Assembly (NCBI GenBank): GCA_964016885.1
Contig: OZ024742.1
Span: 286,502,001 to 286,566,000 of the forward strand
DNA: 64,000 nucleotides
Origin: Eledone cirrhosa
Lineage: Eukaryota
Direction: 5' to 3'
The notes under the pieces are model-generated. The model saw only the letters and a list, made by a program, of their open reading frames with translations, made no database searches and had not been told where the DNA came from. The translations under genes were made by a program, and so were the position numbers. Positions 27,020 through 38,393 of this stretch are shown piece by piece. Position 1 is the first letter of the stretch. Each line of letters starts with the position of its first letter.

Positions 27020-28130
27020 GATGGTGATGGTGTGAGAGGGGGGAGAATAGGGATTGAGAGAGAAGGGAAGGGGAGATAGAGGATTGTGATGGTGTGAGGA
27101 GGAGAGAATAGGGATTGAGAGAGAGGGGGAAGGGGAGTAGAGGATTGTGATGGTGTGAGGAGGAGAGAATAGGGATTGAGAGAGAGGGGAAAGGGGAGAT
27201 AGAGGATTGTGATGGTGTGAGGAGGAGAGAATAGGGATTGAGAGAGAGGGGAAAGGGGAGATAGAGGATTGTGATGGTGTGAGGAGGAGAGAATAGGGAT
27301 TGAGAGAGAGGGGAAAGGGGAGATAGAGGATTGTGATGGTGTGAGGAGGAGAGAATAGGGATTGAGAGAGAGGGGAAAGGGGAGATAGAGGATTGTGATG
27401 GTGTGAGGAGGAGAGAATAGGGATTGAGAGAGAGGGGGAAGGGGAGTAGAGGATTGTGATGGTGTGAGGAGGAGAGAATAGGGATTGAGAGAGAGGGGAA
27501 AGGGGAGATAGAGGATTGTGATGGTGTGAGGAGGAGAGAATAGGGATTGAGAGAGAGGGGGAAGGGGAGTAGAGAATTGTGATGGTGTGAGGAGGAGAGA
27601 ATAGGGATGAGAGAGAGGAGGAAGAGGAGATAGAGGATTGTGATGGTGTGAGGAGGAGAGAATAGGGATTGAGAGAGAGAGGGAAGGGGAGTAGAGAATT
27701 GTGATGGTGTGAGGAGGAGAGAATAGGGATGAGAGAGAGGAGGAAGAGGAGATAGAGGATTGTGATGGTGTGAGGAGGGAATACGGCTTGAGAGAGAGGG
27801 GAAGGGGAGATAGGTTATAGTGAAGGTGTGAGGAGCAGAATAGGGATTGAGAGAAAGAGGGAAGGGGAGATAGGGGCATGGTGATGGTGTGAGGAGGGAA
27901 TAAGGTTTGAGAGAGAAGAGGAAGGCGGATAGACGATGGAGCAGAGAATAGGGCGTGAGAGAAGAGGAAGGGGAGATAGACGAGTGCGATGGTGTGAGGA
28001 GGGAATAGGGATTGAGAGAGGAGGAAGGGGAGATAAAGGCATGGTGGTGGTGTGAGAAGGAGAATATGGATTTAGAGAGGGGGAGGGAAGATAGAGGATG
28101 AAGAAGGGAATAATGATTGATAAAGGGGGA
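27020..28130 (+). repeat. 62-bp purine-rich minisatellite, roughly 16-17 copies, decaying rightwards
   Basis: Unit GATGGTGTGAGGAGGAGAGAATAGGGATTGAGAGAGAGGGGAAAGGGGAGATAGAGGATTGT; period 62 (27211 to 27273). Confidence 0.92.
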
Positions 28131-28463
28131 AGTGGAGATATGGAAAGATGAGGATGTGAGGGGGAGGGATTGAGTGAGGGAGGGAGGATAGAGTGAAAGG
28201 AAGAGAAAGGAAATAGAGGGAGGTAGGAGTGAGATTGCTGAGTAGGGGAGAGACAAGGTGTTGGATGGGGAGGAAAGAGGGGAAAGAAAAGGAGACAGGT
28301 CGTATGTGGGAATGAAAGGAAGAGTAGAGAATAGAGAGAGGGTGCGAGGAAACGTGGGAGGAGTTCATATGAAAGAGAGAAAGAGGGTGAAATGGAGATA
28401 ATGAAGGGTTTAAGGATAAATAATGAAGGAGAATAATGAAGAGACAGAAGAATAGGAGAGAAT

Positions 28464-28504
<41 letters not shown>

Positions 28505-29514
28505 ATGTGGATGGGAAAAGACAGAGAGATAGAAAGAGAGAGAGAGAATGATGTGAGAAGAACGAGGGGGGGGGAGTGAAATAAATAGTGAAGGAGAGTG
28601 AGGAAAAGAAAGAAGGAGAGAAAGAATGAAATAGAGAGAGTAATATGAAGAGGAAAAGAGGGAGAAAAAGAGGGAGTAATATGGAGAGGAAAAGAGGGAG
28701 AAAGAGAGAGAGAGTAATGTGGAGAGGAAAAGAGGGATAAAGAGGGAGAAAGTGGGAGAAAGAGGGAGAAAGAGAGAGATAGAGAGTAATGTGGAGAGGA
28801 AAAGAGGGATAAAGAGGGAGAAAGTGGGAGAAAGAGGGAGAAAGAGAGAGATAGAGAGTAATGTGGAGGGGAAAAGAGGGAGAAAGAGGGAGAAAGAGAT
28901 ATTAATGTGAGAAGAAAGAGTGGTAGTGAGGGAAAGAGAGATCAATAAGGAAGAGAAAGAAGGGGAGCAGGGAATGAGAAAGAGAGAGAGGGAGAGAGAG
29001 AGAGAGCAACGTGGAGAGAGAAAGAGAGAGAAAATAATTTGTGAGAAGAAAAAGGCAGGAGAAAGAGATAAATTGATGAAGTAGGTACGGGGAAGGGAAA
29101 GAGGATAGATTAATGTAATTAATACAGAGCAAAAATAATATAATAAATAAGGTGGTGGGGTGGGGATAGAGGATTTTGTTCCCCACCCTCAACCTAAACC
29201 CGCCTTTCCTCCCTCATATATTTTTTTTATCAACTGCCGGAAGGCGTCGCTGTGTATTAGAAAATGTTATGTTGAAATGTAGGCTTTTGAAAAATATTTA
29301 TTTTTTAGTGAAATATTGCAAGTGTTTGATCTTATTGCGATTTGAACCCGGTTTCGTTAGCTAACCGTAATAATATATCTATACATCCACTTGATCGATT
29401 GATTGATTATAGATCTTTCGCTGGTTTAGACATTAACGTTCAGTTGTTCGATCAACTGAGTATCTCCAGCTCGTGAATTATTTTGTATTAAGTTGAGTAT
29501 GTATGCATGTATGT

Positions 29515-29850
29515 ATGTATGGTCCCGTAACTCCCGAAGGAGTCGTACAGTTGCCATATTGACATACGGTATTTCGAAGGCATTTTTAAACATGGTGGAA
29601 CCCATCACCTCTCCAGGTCTGAATACAGCAGATCTCTTCCAGAGAAGGAGAGGGAGTGTGTGAGGGAATGGAAGTGAGAAAGAGATATAGAGGAAGAATC
29701 GACCCCAGTACTTGACCGGTATTTTTTTTATCCACCTCGAATGGACGAGAGGCAAAGTTGACCTCGGCAGGATTAGAACTCAGAGAGCAGAGAGCCGAAA
29801 CGAATACTACAAAGCATTCTATCCAACGTTCTAACGACTCTGCCAATTCG
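29515..29850 (-). mobile_element. Composite SINE copy
   Basis: Reverse-complement homology to 22080-22408. Confidence 0.8.
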
Positions 29851-30019
29851 CTGAGTATATCACCTTGAAATCAATCACCGACATGTACATAGGCCTCAAA
29901 GGAACGGATTTACATGTTGCAAAGGTAGACTGAAGAATCTGGAACTCGAACTTTGTCAGTACCTCACGACCACCTCAAGGCATCGGATGACCCAAGAAGA
30001 AAGGTTAAATATTTCACAG

Positions 30020-30230
30020 TGAAGGCACGTGGTTTAGTGGTTAGAGAATTGGATTCGCAATCTTGAGGTTGTGAGTTTGATTCCCAGATCGGGCGATGCA
30101 ACATGGCCTTGAGCAAGACACCTTATTTATAGACACGTTTCTCCTTCTGCCAAGAGTTGCGAGCGGTAGATAATATCAACAATTGGAAAGACCAATAGAA
30201 ACATTGTTTCCCTAATCCGATTTGACGAGT
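30020..30230 (+). mobile_element. tRNA-derived SINE with an alternative tail (second composite type)
   Basis: A-box TGGTTTAGTGG, B-box GTTTGATTCC, CTTGAGCAAGACAC; tail shared with 61490-61703. Confidence 0.8.
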
Positions 30231-30399
30231 TCCACCCAACTCGGTAAGAGAATGAGGTCTGGGATCTTGTCGATCCATTCCATTTATTGCACAGACACGT
30301 GCACCATTAATGTAAATTCCCGAGCTGTGTCAGCATAATACAGTATGTAACACGGTTGGGTCATTGGCATTACAAATACAGACCATCTTGTATTATAAG

Positions 30400-30706
30400 C
30401 AGCGATGGATTTAGACATTTGGGGGCACGGGGAACTTCAGGTTTAGGGAGCCTCTCATACACAACTAATTAGAATACAGAGCAACCCCCCCCCCCCATTT
30501 TACATATCAAGTCACCTTGTCACAAGTAATTGGAATTGAAAGGTTATACATACAGGTATTAAATTCAAAAATTCTAACCATCCTAAAACTAAAAATTTGA
30601 GTGCACAAATAAATTGCTACGGCCGTCTCTGGTGCCCCCTCCCCCACACACATTGCAGAGGCCTCAGGGCAATTGACCCCTTTGCCCCATAATAAATCCG
30701 GTCCTA
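30400..30706. mobile_element. Old hAT-like MITE
   Basis: Imperfect TIRs CAGCGATGGATTTA and TAAATCCGGTCCTA, internal GGGGC/GCCCC motifs; no clear TSD. Confidence 0.5.
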
Positions 30707-30931
30707 TTTATACTAGAATCAGCCTCAACGTTCTACTTTAATTAACGAACAGACTACTTTGTTATTTTCAGGGATAAAATATCGATAGGAACTGAAAGTT
30801 CTTGATTATTTAATTTGTGTATAGTTTATGAATGGAAATATTCTTAATTAAGCACCAGTGAAAATATTGTTAATTGGTCCCGGGAGGAGATGTGGCGGAA
30901 TTATTAGAGAGGCGGACGTGATGCTTAATGC

Positions 30932-31082
30932 GAGATGTTTAGTCTATGGTTTAATGGTAGATGTTTAGTGTACAGTTTAATGGTAGATGTTTAGAGTACA
31001 GTTTAAAGGTAGATGTTTAATGAACAGTTTAATGGTAGATCTTTAATAAAGAGTTTAATGGTAGATGTTTAATGTGCAGTTA
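30932..31082. repeat. 26-bp tandem repeat (TTTAATGGTAGATGTTTAGTGTACAG), 5-6 copies
   Basis: Visible tandem units. Confidence 0.85.
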
Positions 31083-31843
31083 GTTGGCTCTTTCTGTCAT
31101 TAGAGAATACATTTTTTGTGTTTGAGAAAAAAAATATTAAATTTCATTCAGCATTTGAAGCAGTCGGCAGCTCAAAGAAACAGTACAATTCATTCTAAAA
31201 GTGAGTTGTTCCAATATTTGATAGATTTACCTGGCAGCAGGTAAATATATCTTCCCACTAGCAGCAGCAGCATCAGTAGCAGTAACAGCAGTAGCAGCAG
31301 GAGGAGAGGGGGGATCTTGGGGGTCATTGAACCTTTCCCTGCTTCACTCACACGCTGCAGACTCTCAATAGGTTTGTAAGCGTAAAACAACCTGATCCAT
31401 GCAAAGCTGGCAATAGGCCCAGCTCAGATGAAAAATGTAGATCCATATGTGATACTTAGGTCCCAGTTTAACTGTTCATTAAGTATTTTAGAAATCAATG
31501 TGAAATGCATATGATTTATGTATGCTATGGTATAGTATGGTCCCGTAACTCCTGAGAGAGATGTAAGGGCACTGTATTGACATACGGCGTTTCCAGAGCA
31601 TTTTAAAACCTTGTGAAGCACATCTCTTCTCCAGGTTGAATACAGGAGATTTCTTCTAGAGAAGGATAGAGAGTGAGAGAATGGAAGTGAGAAAGAGATA
31701 TAGAGGAAGAATCGACCCCAGTACTTGACTGGTACTTTATTGATATAATGTTTGCTGGGTACTTGGCATTTACTGTTGTGAAAGAAAGTTTCTTCTTCTG
31801 TTTAAGAAATATGATTTATAAAAATTTAAAAAAATATTAATAC

Positions 31844-32141
31844 AAATTTAAATTTTGAAGACCAACACAATGTGTATGAAGAATGGTAAATTGCCAAGAT
31901 AACAAAAAAATCTTACCTTAGCAAATTTAACGATCCCAAATATTTTCGGGTTTAAAAACCCATTATCAAGGGAGTAACCCGATGAAAGACTTAAAAATCG
32001 ATCGGATAGACTTAAATCTGCTCCCATACAAGCATGTCTATATATTAGGGATCGTTAAATTTGCTAAGGTAAGATTCTTTTGTTATCTTGGCAATTTAAC
32101 ATTCTTCATACGCATTGTGTTGGTCATCAAATTTTAAATTT
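31844..32141. mobile_element. Inverted repeat (~100-bp arms, ~100-bp spacer) with a degenerate HHR at the arm/spacer junction
   Basis: Arms at 31844-31943 and 32042-32141. Minus strand 31934-31973 reads TCCC-TTGATAA-T-GGGTTT-TT-AAACCC-GAAA-ATAT-TT-GGGA. Confidence 0.7.
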
Positions 32142-32179
32142 GTGTTTCCTATTAAACAATGCTTCAAGCAAATATTAAT

Positions 32180-32567
32180 GGCTTCTGATTTAGGTACAAG
32201 ATCAACATATTAAATCGACCCAGTGCATTACTGGTACTTTATTTTACCGACCCCGTAAGGATGAAAGGCAAAACTAACCTCGGTGAGATTTAAACACAGA
32301 ATGTAAAGGGCCATAAACTCTATGCTGCAAGGCATGTTGTCCGGTGCTCTACCGATTCTACTGTCAAACTACCGTTCTTATAAAAATAATTGTTTCTTCT
32401 TTTGGCACAAGGCCAGCAATTATCGCAGTGTATTACTGGTACTTTATTTTATCGACCCCGTAAGGATGAAAAGCAAAGTTTACCCCGGCAGGATTTGAAC
32501 TCAGACCATAAAGGGCCGTAACTCTTTGTTGCAAAGCATGGCGTCAGACCCTCTACCGATACTGCCA
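32180..32567 (-). mobile_element. Two tandem tRNA-derived SINEs
   Basis: Two copies of ggtactttatttta.cgaccccgtaaggatgaaa.gcaaa. Confidence 0.85.
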
Positions 32568-32934
32568 GTGTATGAAACAGTCGGCAGCTGGCAGACAAAA
32601 TACATTTCATTCCAAAAGTAAGTTGCACCATTATCTATTACATTTACCTTGCTGCAGGTAAAACTACCTCCACATGAACAGCAGCATCAGCAACATCAAC
32701 AACAGCAGCAGCAGCAATAACAGAAGCAACATTAGTAGCTGAAGCAGCAGTAGACGGAGGGCACTGAACTTCCCTATGCTTCACTTACATTCCCCAGGGA
32801 TGCACAATAAATATGAAGATATAAAAATATTATATATATATATATACAATACGAGTTCATTTACCTTACAAAACGAGGTAACTGAGCACATATATGTATA
32901 TGGTGTGTGCGTGTGCTTGTGTGTGTGTGTGTGC

Positions 32935-33085
<151 letters not shown>

Positions 33086-33142
33086 TTCAACACGGAAAAA
33101 CTATAAAATGATGATATATATTAGTTTAACGTTTGATATAGT

Positions 33143-33176
33143 CTTAACGTTTCGGACGTTAGTCCTTCGTCAGAAG
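33143..33176 (-). ncRNA. Minimal PLE-type hammerhead motif (same family as 17863)
   Basis: Minus strand: CTT-CTGACGA-A-GGAC-TAAC-GTCC-GAAA-CG-TT-AAG. Confidence 0.78.
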
Positions 33177-33884
33177 TTACAATGGGGGAAAGAGAAGAAA
33201 AAATAGAAAGGTAGACAAGAGTAAGAAAGGAAATAAAATAATAAGAAGTTAGTCAGCCATTTTGGAAGATTGTATTTCAGAACAAGACTTGTGTTTGTGT
33301 GAGTGTATGTGTGCGTGTATGTGCGTGTGTGCGTGTTTTCGTATGCGCGCGTGTGTGTGCGTGTGTGTGTTTGCGCGTGTGCGTATGTATGTGTGTGTGT
33401 GTGCGTGTGTATGTGTGTGTGTGTGTGCGTGCATATGTGTGTTCATATAATGTGTTTGTGTGTGTGTGTGTATGTGTTTGTATGCATGTGTGTGTGTATG
33501 TGTTTGTATGCATGTGTGTGTACACGCGCGTGTGTGTGTGTGTGTGTGCGCGTACGTATGTGTGTTCAGATAAGATAGATAGACAGACAGAGAGAGAGAA
33601 GAAAATAAGAAAAATTAATGACATGGTTGTAGAGTAAGTAAAACCTTTGGGATTGTAGGAAGAATACAAAAGACTATCTATTGTAACAGGCACAATCGAC
33701 TAAGACCAGACAAAAGGTATCATACAAAAGACCATTTATTAGTCATATCAATGTCTCCTGCAAACTGATTCTGTTACGATCCTTTGAAGGAACTATTCTT
33801 GTACAATTTATGCTTATCATCATTTCTACAGAGGAATATCGTCATTTCTATTGCAGTGTCTCTGTTATTAACGTGCAAACGTCC

Positions 33885-34200
33885 TAGGTTTTTAATGTAG
33901 TAATGGTGTAGTTTTTAATGTGGGAATAGTGTAGTTTTTAATGTGGGCAGGATGTAGTTTTTAATGTGAGAATGGTGAAGTTTTAACGTGGGAATGTTGT
34001 AGTTTTTAATGTGGGAATGTTGTAGTTTTTAATGTGGGAATGATGCAGTTGTTAATGTAGGAATGTTCCAGTTATTAATGTAGAACGTTCCCGTTATTAA
34101 TGTGGGGAGGTCAGCTCCTTTGTGCTTGTGTCTCAATTATGAATGTGGGAATGCCACCGTCATTAATGTGGGAAATATTCAAATAACTAATGTGGGGAAC
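33885..34200. repeat. Degenerate 23-bp tandem repeat (TAGTTTTTAATGTGGGAATGTTG)
   Basis: Visible tandem units. Confidence 0.85.
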
Positions 34201-34429
34201 TCAGTTATTTATTTATTTATTTATTCATTTATTTATTTATTTTGATCCAGTCGTTATATTCTATGATATTAAGCTCCCGTACCTCCTTCAATAGCATTTA
34301 TGATGTAAAATGATATTGAATGCATGTAAACTGGAAATTGAAACTGTATCGTCGACTCAATGGAACGCTACCTCAACGCTACAGGGCAAACATTCTTTCC
34401 ACATGTTTCTTTACAATAACTGTTTGTGA

Positions 34430-34635
34430 CTCAGGCACAAGGCCAAAAATTTGGAGGAGAGGGAAATCGATTAGATCACCCTCAGTGCATTACTGGTACT
34501 TTATGTTTTCGACTCTGTAAGGATGAAAGACAAAGCAAAGCTCGGCGGGATTTGAACTCGGGGCGTAAAGGGCCATAACTCCATGTCGCAAAGCATATTA
34601 TTTGGTGATCTACCGATTCTACTGCCAATTCACCT
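34430..34635 (-). mobile_element. tRNA-derived SINE, full length
   Basis: Same family as 11086-11263. Confidence 0.85.
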
Positions 34636-35099
34636 CGCTTATGTTTCTTTAAAATAATGTGATAATATCAAACGTGGTAGGGAAAGATAAAATATAAAAG
34701 AAAGTTGACACGAAATTTGAGAATTTTCCCAGAGGATTTGGTTTATATTTCTGACAGCTCCAATGCCTTATGTCTATTGAGGGCTTTCCCATGCCTAATA
34801 ATTCATTCCTGGCGGTACACAGAAGTGATATCTTTTCTCATCAACCCAGAGGGCATCCACATTTTTAAGTTTTTTCTTCTATTTCCATTCCATGCTTGCA
34901 AGGAATGGACGACGACTAGAGCTTAAGTTGTTTTCATCGTGCGTTGGCCAATGGAGAGTACTAGATTTTCTAACAGCTACCTGGATAGGACGCCAGTCCA
35001 TTGAAGGAATAACTCCCGGCTTTGTGTTGGCCATTCTGGGAATTAAAACCACAGAAATATTCTTCCTTTTTATAATTATACTTGCTGGAGCAACGTCTT

Positions 35100-35400
35100 T
35101 ATTTATTCGATTGTATTGACCCCAGTATATATTTTTTCCAACTCTGGTACTTTATCGATCTCTTTTTATCGAAGCGCTAAGTTACGTGACATAAACACTG
35201 ACAGGCACAAACATAATCACGAGCACACACACATATATATATATATACAAGATTCTGTAGTTCCTGTCTATCAAATTCCATTCACAAGGTATTGTTCAAC
35301 CCAGAGCTATAATAGACGACCCTTGTGATATGCAGCGTGACTGAATGCAGAACCAACTGGTTCCGAAGGGAACTGCTTAACCACTCAACTATGATTGTGC
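35100..35400 (-). mobile_element. Diverged SINE of a third family (octopus-type, internal CA/TA run)
   Basis: Minus strand head GAGTGGTTAAGCAGTT..GGTTCTGCATTCAG, then CTTGTGAATGGAATTTGATAGACAGGAACT and GATAAAGTACCAG..CTGGGGTCAAT. Confidence 0.65.
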
Positions 35401-35407
35401 CTATATA

Positions 35408-35502
35408 TGAGTGGAGAATAACATGAATCGGCTGTACAATATAATTTGTTAATACTTTGAATAAAACCTATTGTACAGCCGGTTCATGTTATTCTTCACT
35501 CA
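35408..35502. repeat. Hairpin element with ~34-bp arms and 27-bp spacer, TA-flanked
   Basis: tgagtggagaataacatgaatcggctgtacaata pairs with tattgtacagccggttcatgttattcttcactca. Confidence 0.75.
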
Positions 35503-35507
35503 TTTAC

Positions 35508-35551
<44 letters not shown>

Positions 35552-36226
35552 TGTATGTACATATATATCTTGAGGGATAATTCACGATATCGTTCTTGGG
35601 GGTATTTTTTACATGTTATTTAGTTGCTGCGATGTGTGTGATCCCCACATAGATGAAGTAAACGGTAGCACCGAGAAAATGTTATCTTTGCCTGGTCATT
35701 GCATTTCGTCACGTTACGCCAGGCATGAACGATAACTTGTTGAGAATGACGTCATTATCCCGGCTGAGAAATGTTTTTTTTTTTTTAAAGGAAACATGTT
35801 ATGTTTATGTTTTAACGGTTAATATATGACAAGTTAATGTTATAGACTTGTGATACGGAGATATGGAGATTGGTTGATGTAGACAGATGATAACAAACCA
35901 GAGTCATAACATTATAAATACCAGGAATACTACTTTGGAGACATGACATTTCGCACGTATTATTTTCTTTGAAACGTCGTGTGTGAGATGGAAAGCAAAA
36001 GGATCCGAAGTTATATTTTCTGCCTCCTTATTCACACGACAGGAGATATTAAGCTCTTCCTCCCATCAACTCTGCGCCGTTCCTCCCACGAACTCTACCA
36101 AAAATAAAGAACGAAACATAGTTCGCATATATCATAACTTACATAACCTCAGGAGTCAACAATGACAAGCCATAAGTGTACGAATCGGCAATATAAACAC
36201 CAATTGCGAATTAATATATATATAAT

Positions 36227-36259
<33 letters not shown>

Positions 36260-36264
<5 letters not shown>

Positions 36265-36357
36265 ACAAGTAAGACCCCGACGGCTGAGCTCAAGCCGTTT
36301 CGACGGCTAATTCTTTGTGCGTTATGGTCCACCTGGTTCCTTACCACAGTTCCTTCG

Positions 36358-36358
<1 letters not shown>
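36260..36358. mobile_element. Family B element (HHR 3' half, internally inverted)
   Basis: gaccccgacggctgagctcaagccgtttcgac followed by the family tail in opposite orientation; (TA)n on both sides. Confidence 0.7.
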
Positions 36359-36428
<70 letters not shown>

Positions 36429-36430
<2 letters not shown>

Positions 36431-36863
36431 AGGAAGTTATAGTTCACTTGAAGCATTGTGTAATGAGGTATAAACGTTTGTATATGTATAATAAAGCCAA
36501 AACAATGCAGGTATGGACATAGAATAAAGAATGCAAATGCAAAAGATATTGTTGACAATTAGTCTTTAATCTTAGATTTATTTAAATGTCCTTAATTTTC
36601 GAGATAATATCTCTTCTTCGGAGGGAAGTAAAGCAGTTAAACCAGTGTCCTAAATAGCGTGCCAAGTCATGACTTGGCAAGCTATATAGAACACTGGTTT
36701 AACTGCTTTACTTCCCTCCGAAGAAGAGATATTATCTCGAAAATTAAGGACATTTAAATAAATCTAAGATTAAAGACTAATTGTCAACAATATCTTTTGC
36801 ATTTGCATTCTTTATTCTATGTCCATACCTGCATTGTTTTGGCTTTATTATACATATACAAAC

Positions 36864-36865
<2 letters not shown>
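36429..36865. mobile_element. Family A element: 392-bp spacerless palindrome (36474-36865) with an HHR-like motif on each arm
   Basis: Centre GCCAAGTCA|TGACTTGGC at 36669/36670. CCT-CCGAAGA-A-GAGAT-ATT-ATCTC-GAAA-AT-TA-AGG at 36715-36749 (+), mirrored at 36590-36624 (-). Confidence 0.8.
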
Positions 36866-36921
<56 letters not shown>

Positions 36922-36938
36922 AATGTATATATATATAT

Positions 36939-36986
<48 letters not shown>

Positions 36987-36988
<2 letters not shown>

Positions 36989-37135
36989 CGAAGGAAGTGT
37001 GGTAAGGAGCCACGTGGACCATAACGCACCAGATTACGCGATACTTAGGGTAGTAAAGTAGGTAATATGAATTTTAGTTCGGATCTAGCTGTCGAAACGA
37101 CAGGAGCTCAGCCGTCGGGGCCTGACTCTTTTCTT
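36987..37135. mobile_element. Family B element
   Basis: Tail in reverse orientation, then GTC-GAAA-CGAC-AGGAGCTCA-GCCG-TC-GGGG. Confidence 0.7.
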
Positions 37136-37270
<135 letters not shown>

Positions 37271-37340
37271 GATATATATATATATGCATATATATATATA
37301 TATAAATATATATGCATATATATATATATATAAATATATA

Positions 37341-37404
<64 letters not shown>

Positions 37405-37410
37405 TATATG

Positions 37411-37441
<31 letters not shown>

Positions 37442-37527
37442 AAAAAATTGAACAGGGACAGAACAGAGAGGCAGTACGACAAATGTTTATTAGATTCACG
37501 CTCAGGAGAGTGGGGGGTAGGTGGAGG

Positions 37528-37559
37528 ACGACGTTTCGGGCATAAGCCCTTCTTCAGGT
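37528..37559 (-). ncRNA. Minimal hammerhead motif (downstream copy)
   Basis: AC-CTGAAGA-A-GGGC-TTAT-GCCC-GAAA-CG-TC-GT; helix I only 2 bp. Confidence 0.72.
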
Positions 37560-38172
37560 AAGAGTTCAAAAGGTGTGTAGGGGAGTGGTGGAGAGACATA
37601 TAGCGAAAGGAAACGGTGCGAATGAAAAATTAACAAATAAAGACAAAAATATAATAAATAATAAATAAAAATAAGGCATGATCAAAATACAAGGAATGAG
37701 AACATTTAAAAATAAAGGCATGATCAAAATCAGAAAAACGTAGGGAGGGAGTAAACACCGGAAAATTAAAGACAAAAAATCATAAAGGTAATAACACAGG
37801 CGATCGTGAACAAAAATTCATAGAAATATCATAAAGGTAATGACACAGGCGATCGTGAACAAAAAATCATGGAATACAATTGTAGGAACACAGGCAAAGA
37901 ATCATATACGGAAAAAAAGGGGGGTACGGTAACAAAATCAAACAGAGGTAATGCGTGGAAGGAAAGATAAAGTGTGGGAAGGTGTGTAAAGTTCGGAGAC
38001 AGGTCACGGCGGATTAGATCGGGGTTGAGCCGGTTGTTAAGTGAGTTCCAAGGATGGAGGCCGTGTGAGCGTGTGTTTTGTATAATAAAAAATTGAACAG
38101 GGACAGAACAGAGAGGCAGTACGACAAATGTTTATTAGATTCACGCTCAGGAGAGTGGGGGGTAGGTGGAGG

Positions 38173-38204
38173 ACGACGTTTCGGGCATAAGCCCTTCTTC
38201 AGGT
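38173..38204 (-). ncRNA. Minimal hammerhead motif (upstream copy)
   Basis: Identical to 37528-37559. Confidence 0.72.
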
Positions 38205-38298
38205 AAGAGTTCAAAAGGTGTGTAGGGGAGTGGTGGAGAGACATATAGCGAAAGGAAACGGTGCGAATATATATATATATATATATCATATATATATA

Positions 38299-38329
<31 letters not shown>

Positions 38330-38341
38330 CATATATATATA

Positions 38342-38393
<52 letters not shown>

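Larger units (their letters stand above)
37438..38266 (-). mobile_element. Penelope-like/retrozyme-like unit: two ~185-bp direct repeats (37438-37622, 38083-38266), each with an HHR
   Basis: Near-identical direct repeats 645 bp apart, (TA)n on both sides; internal ILGTHLTTG/LN remnant resembles a PLE GIY-YIG C-terminus. Confidence 0.8.

Noticed and set aside
26941-28945. Long Ser/Leu/Pro-rich minus-strand ORFs
   Set aside because: They derive from the 62-bp minisatellite and GA-rich low complexity.
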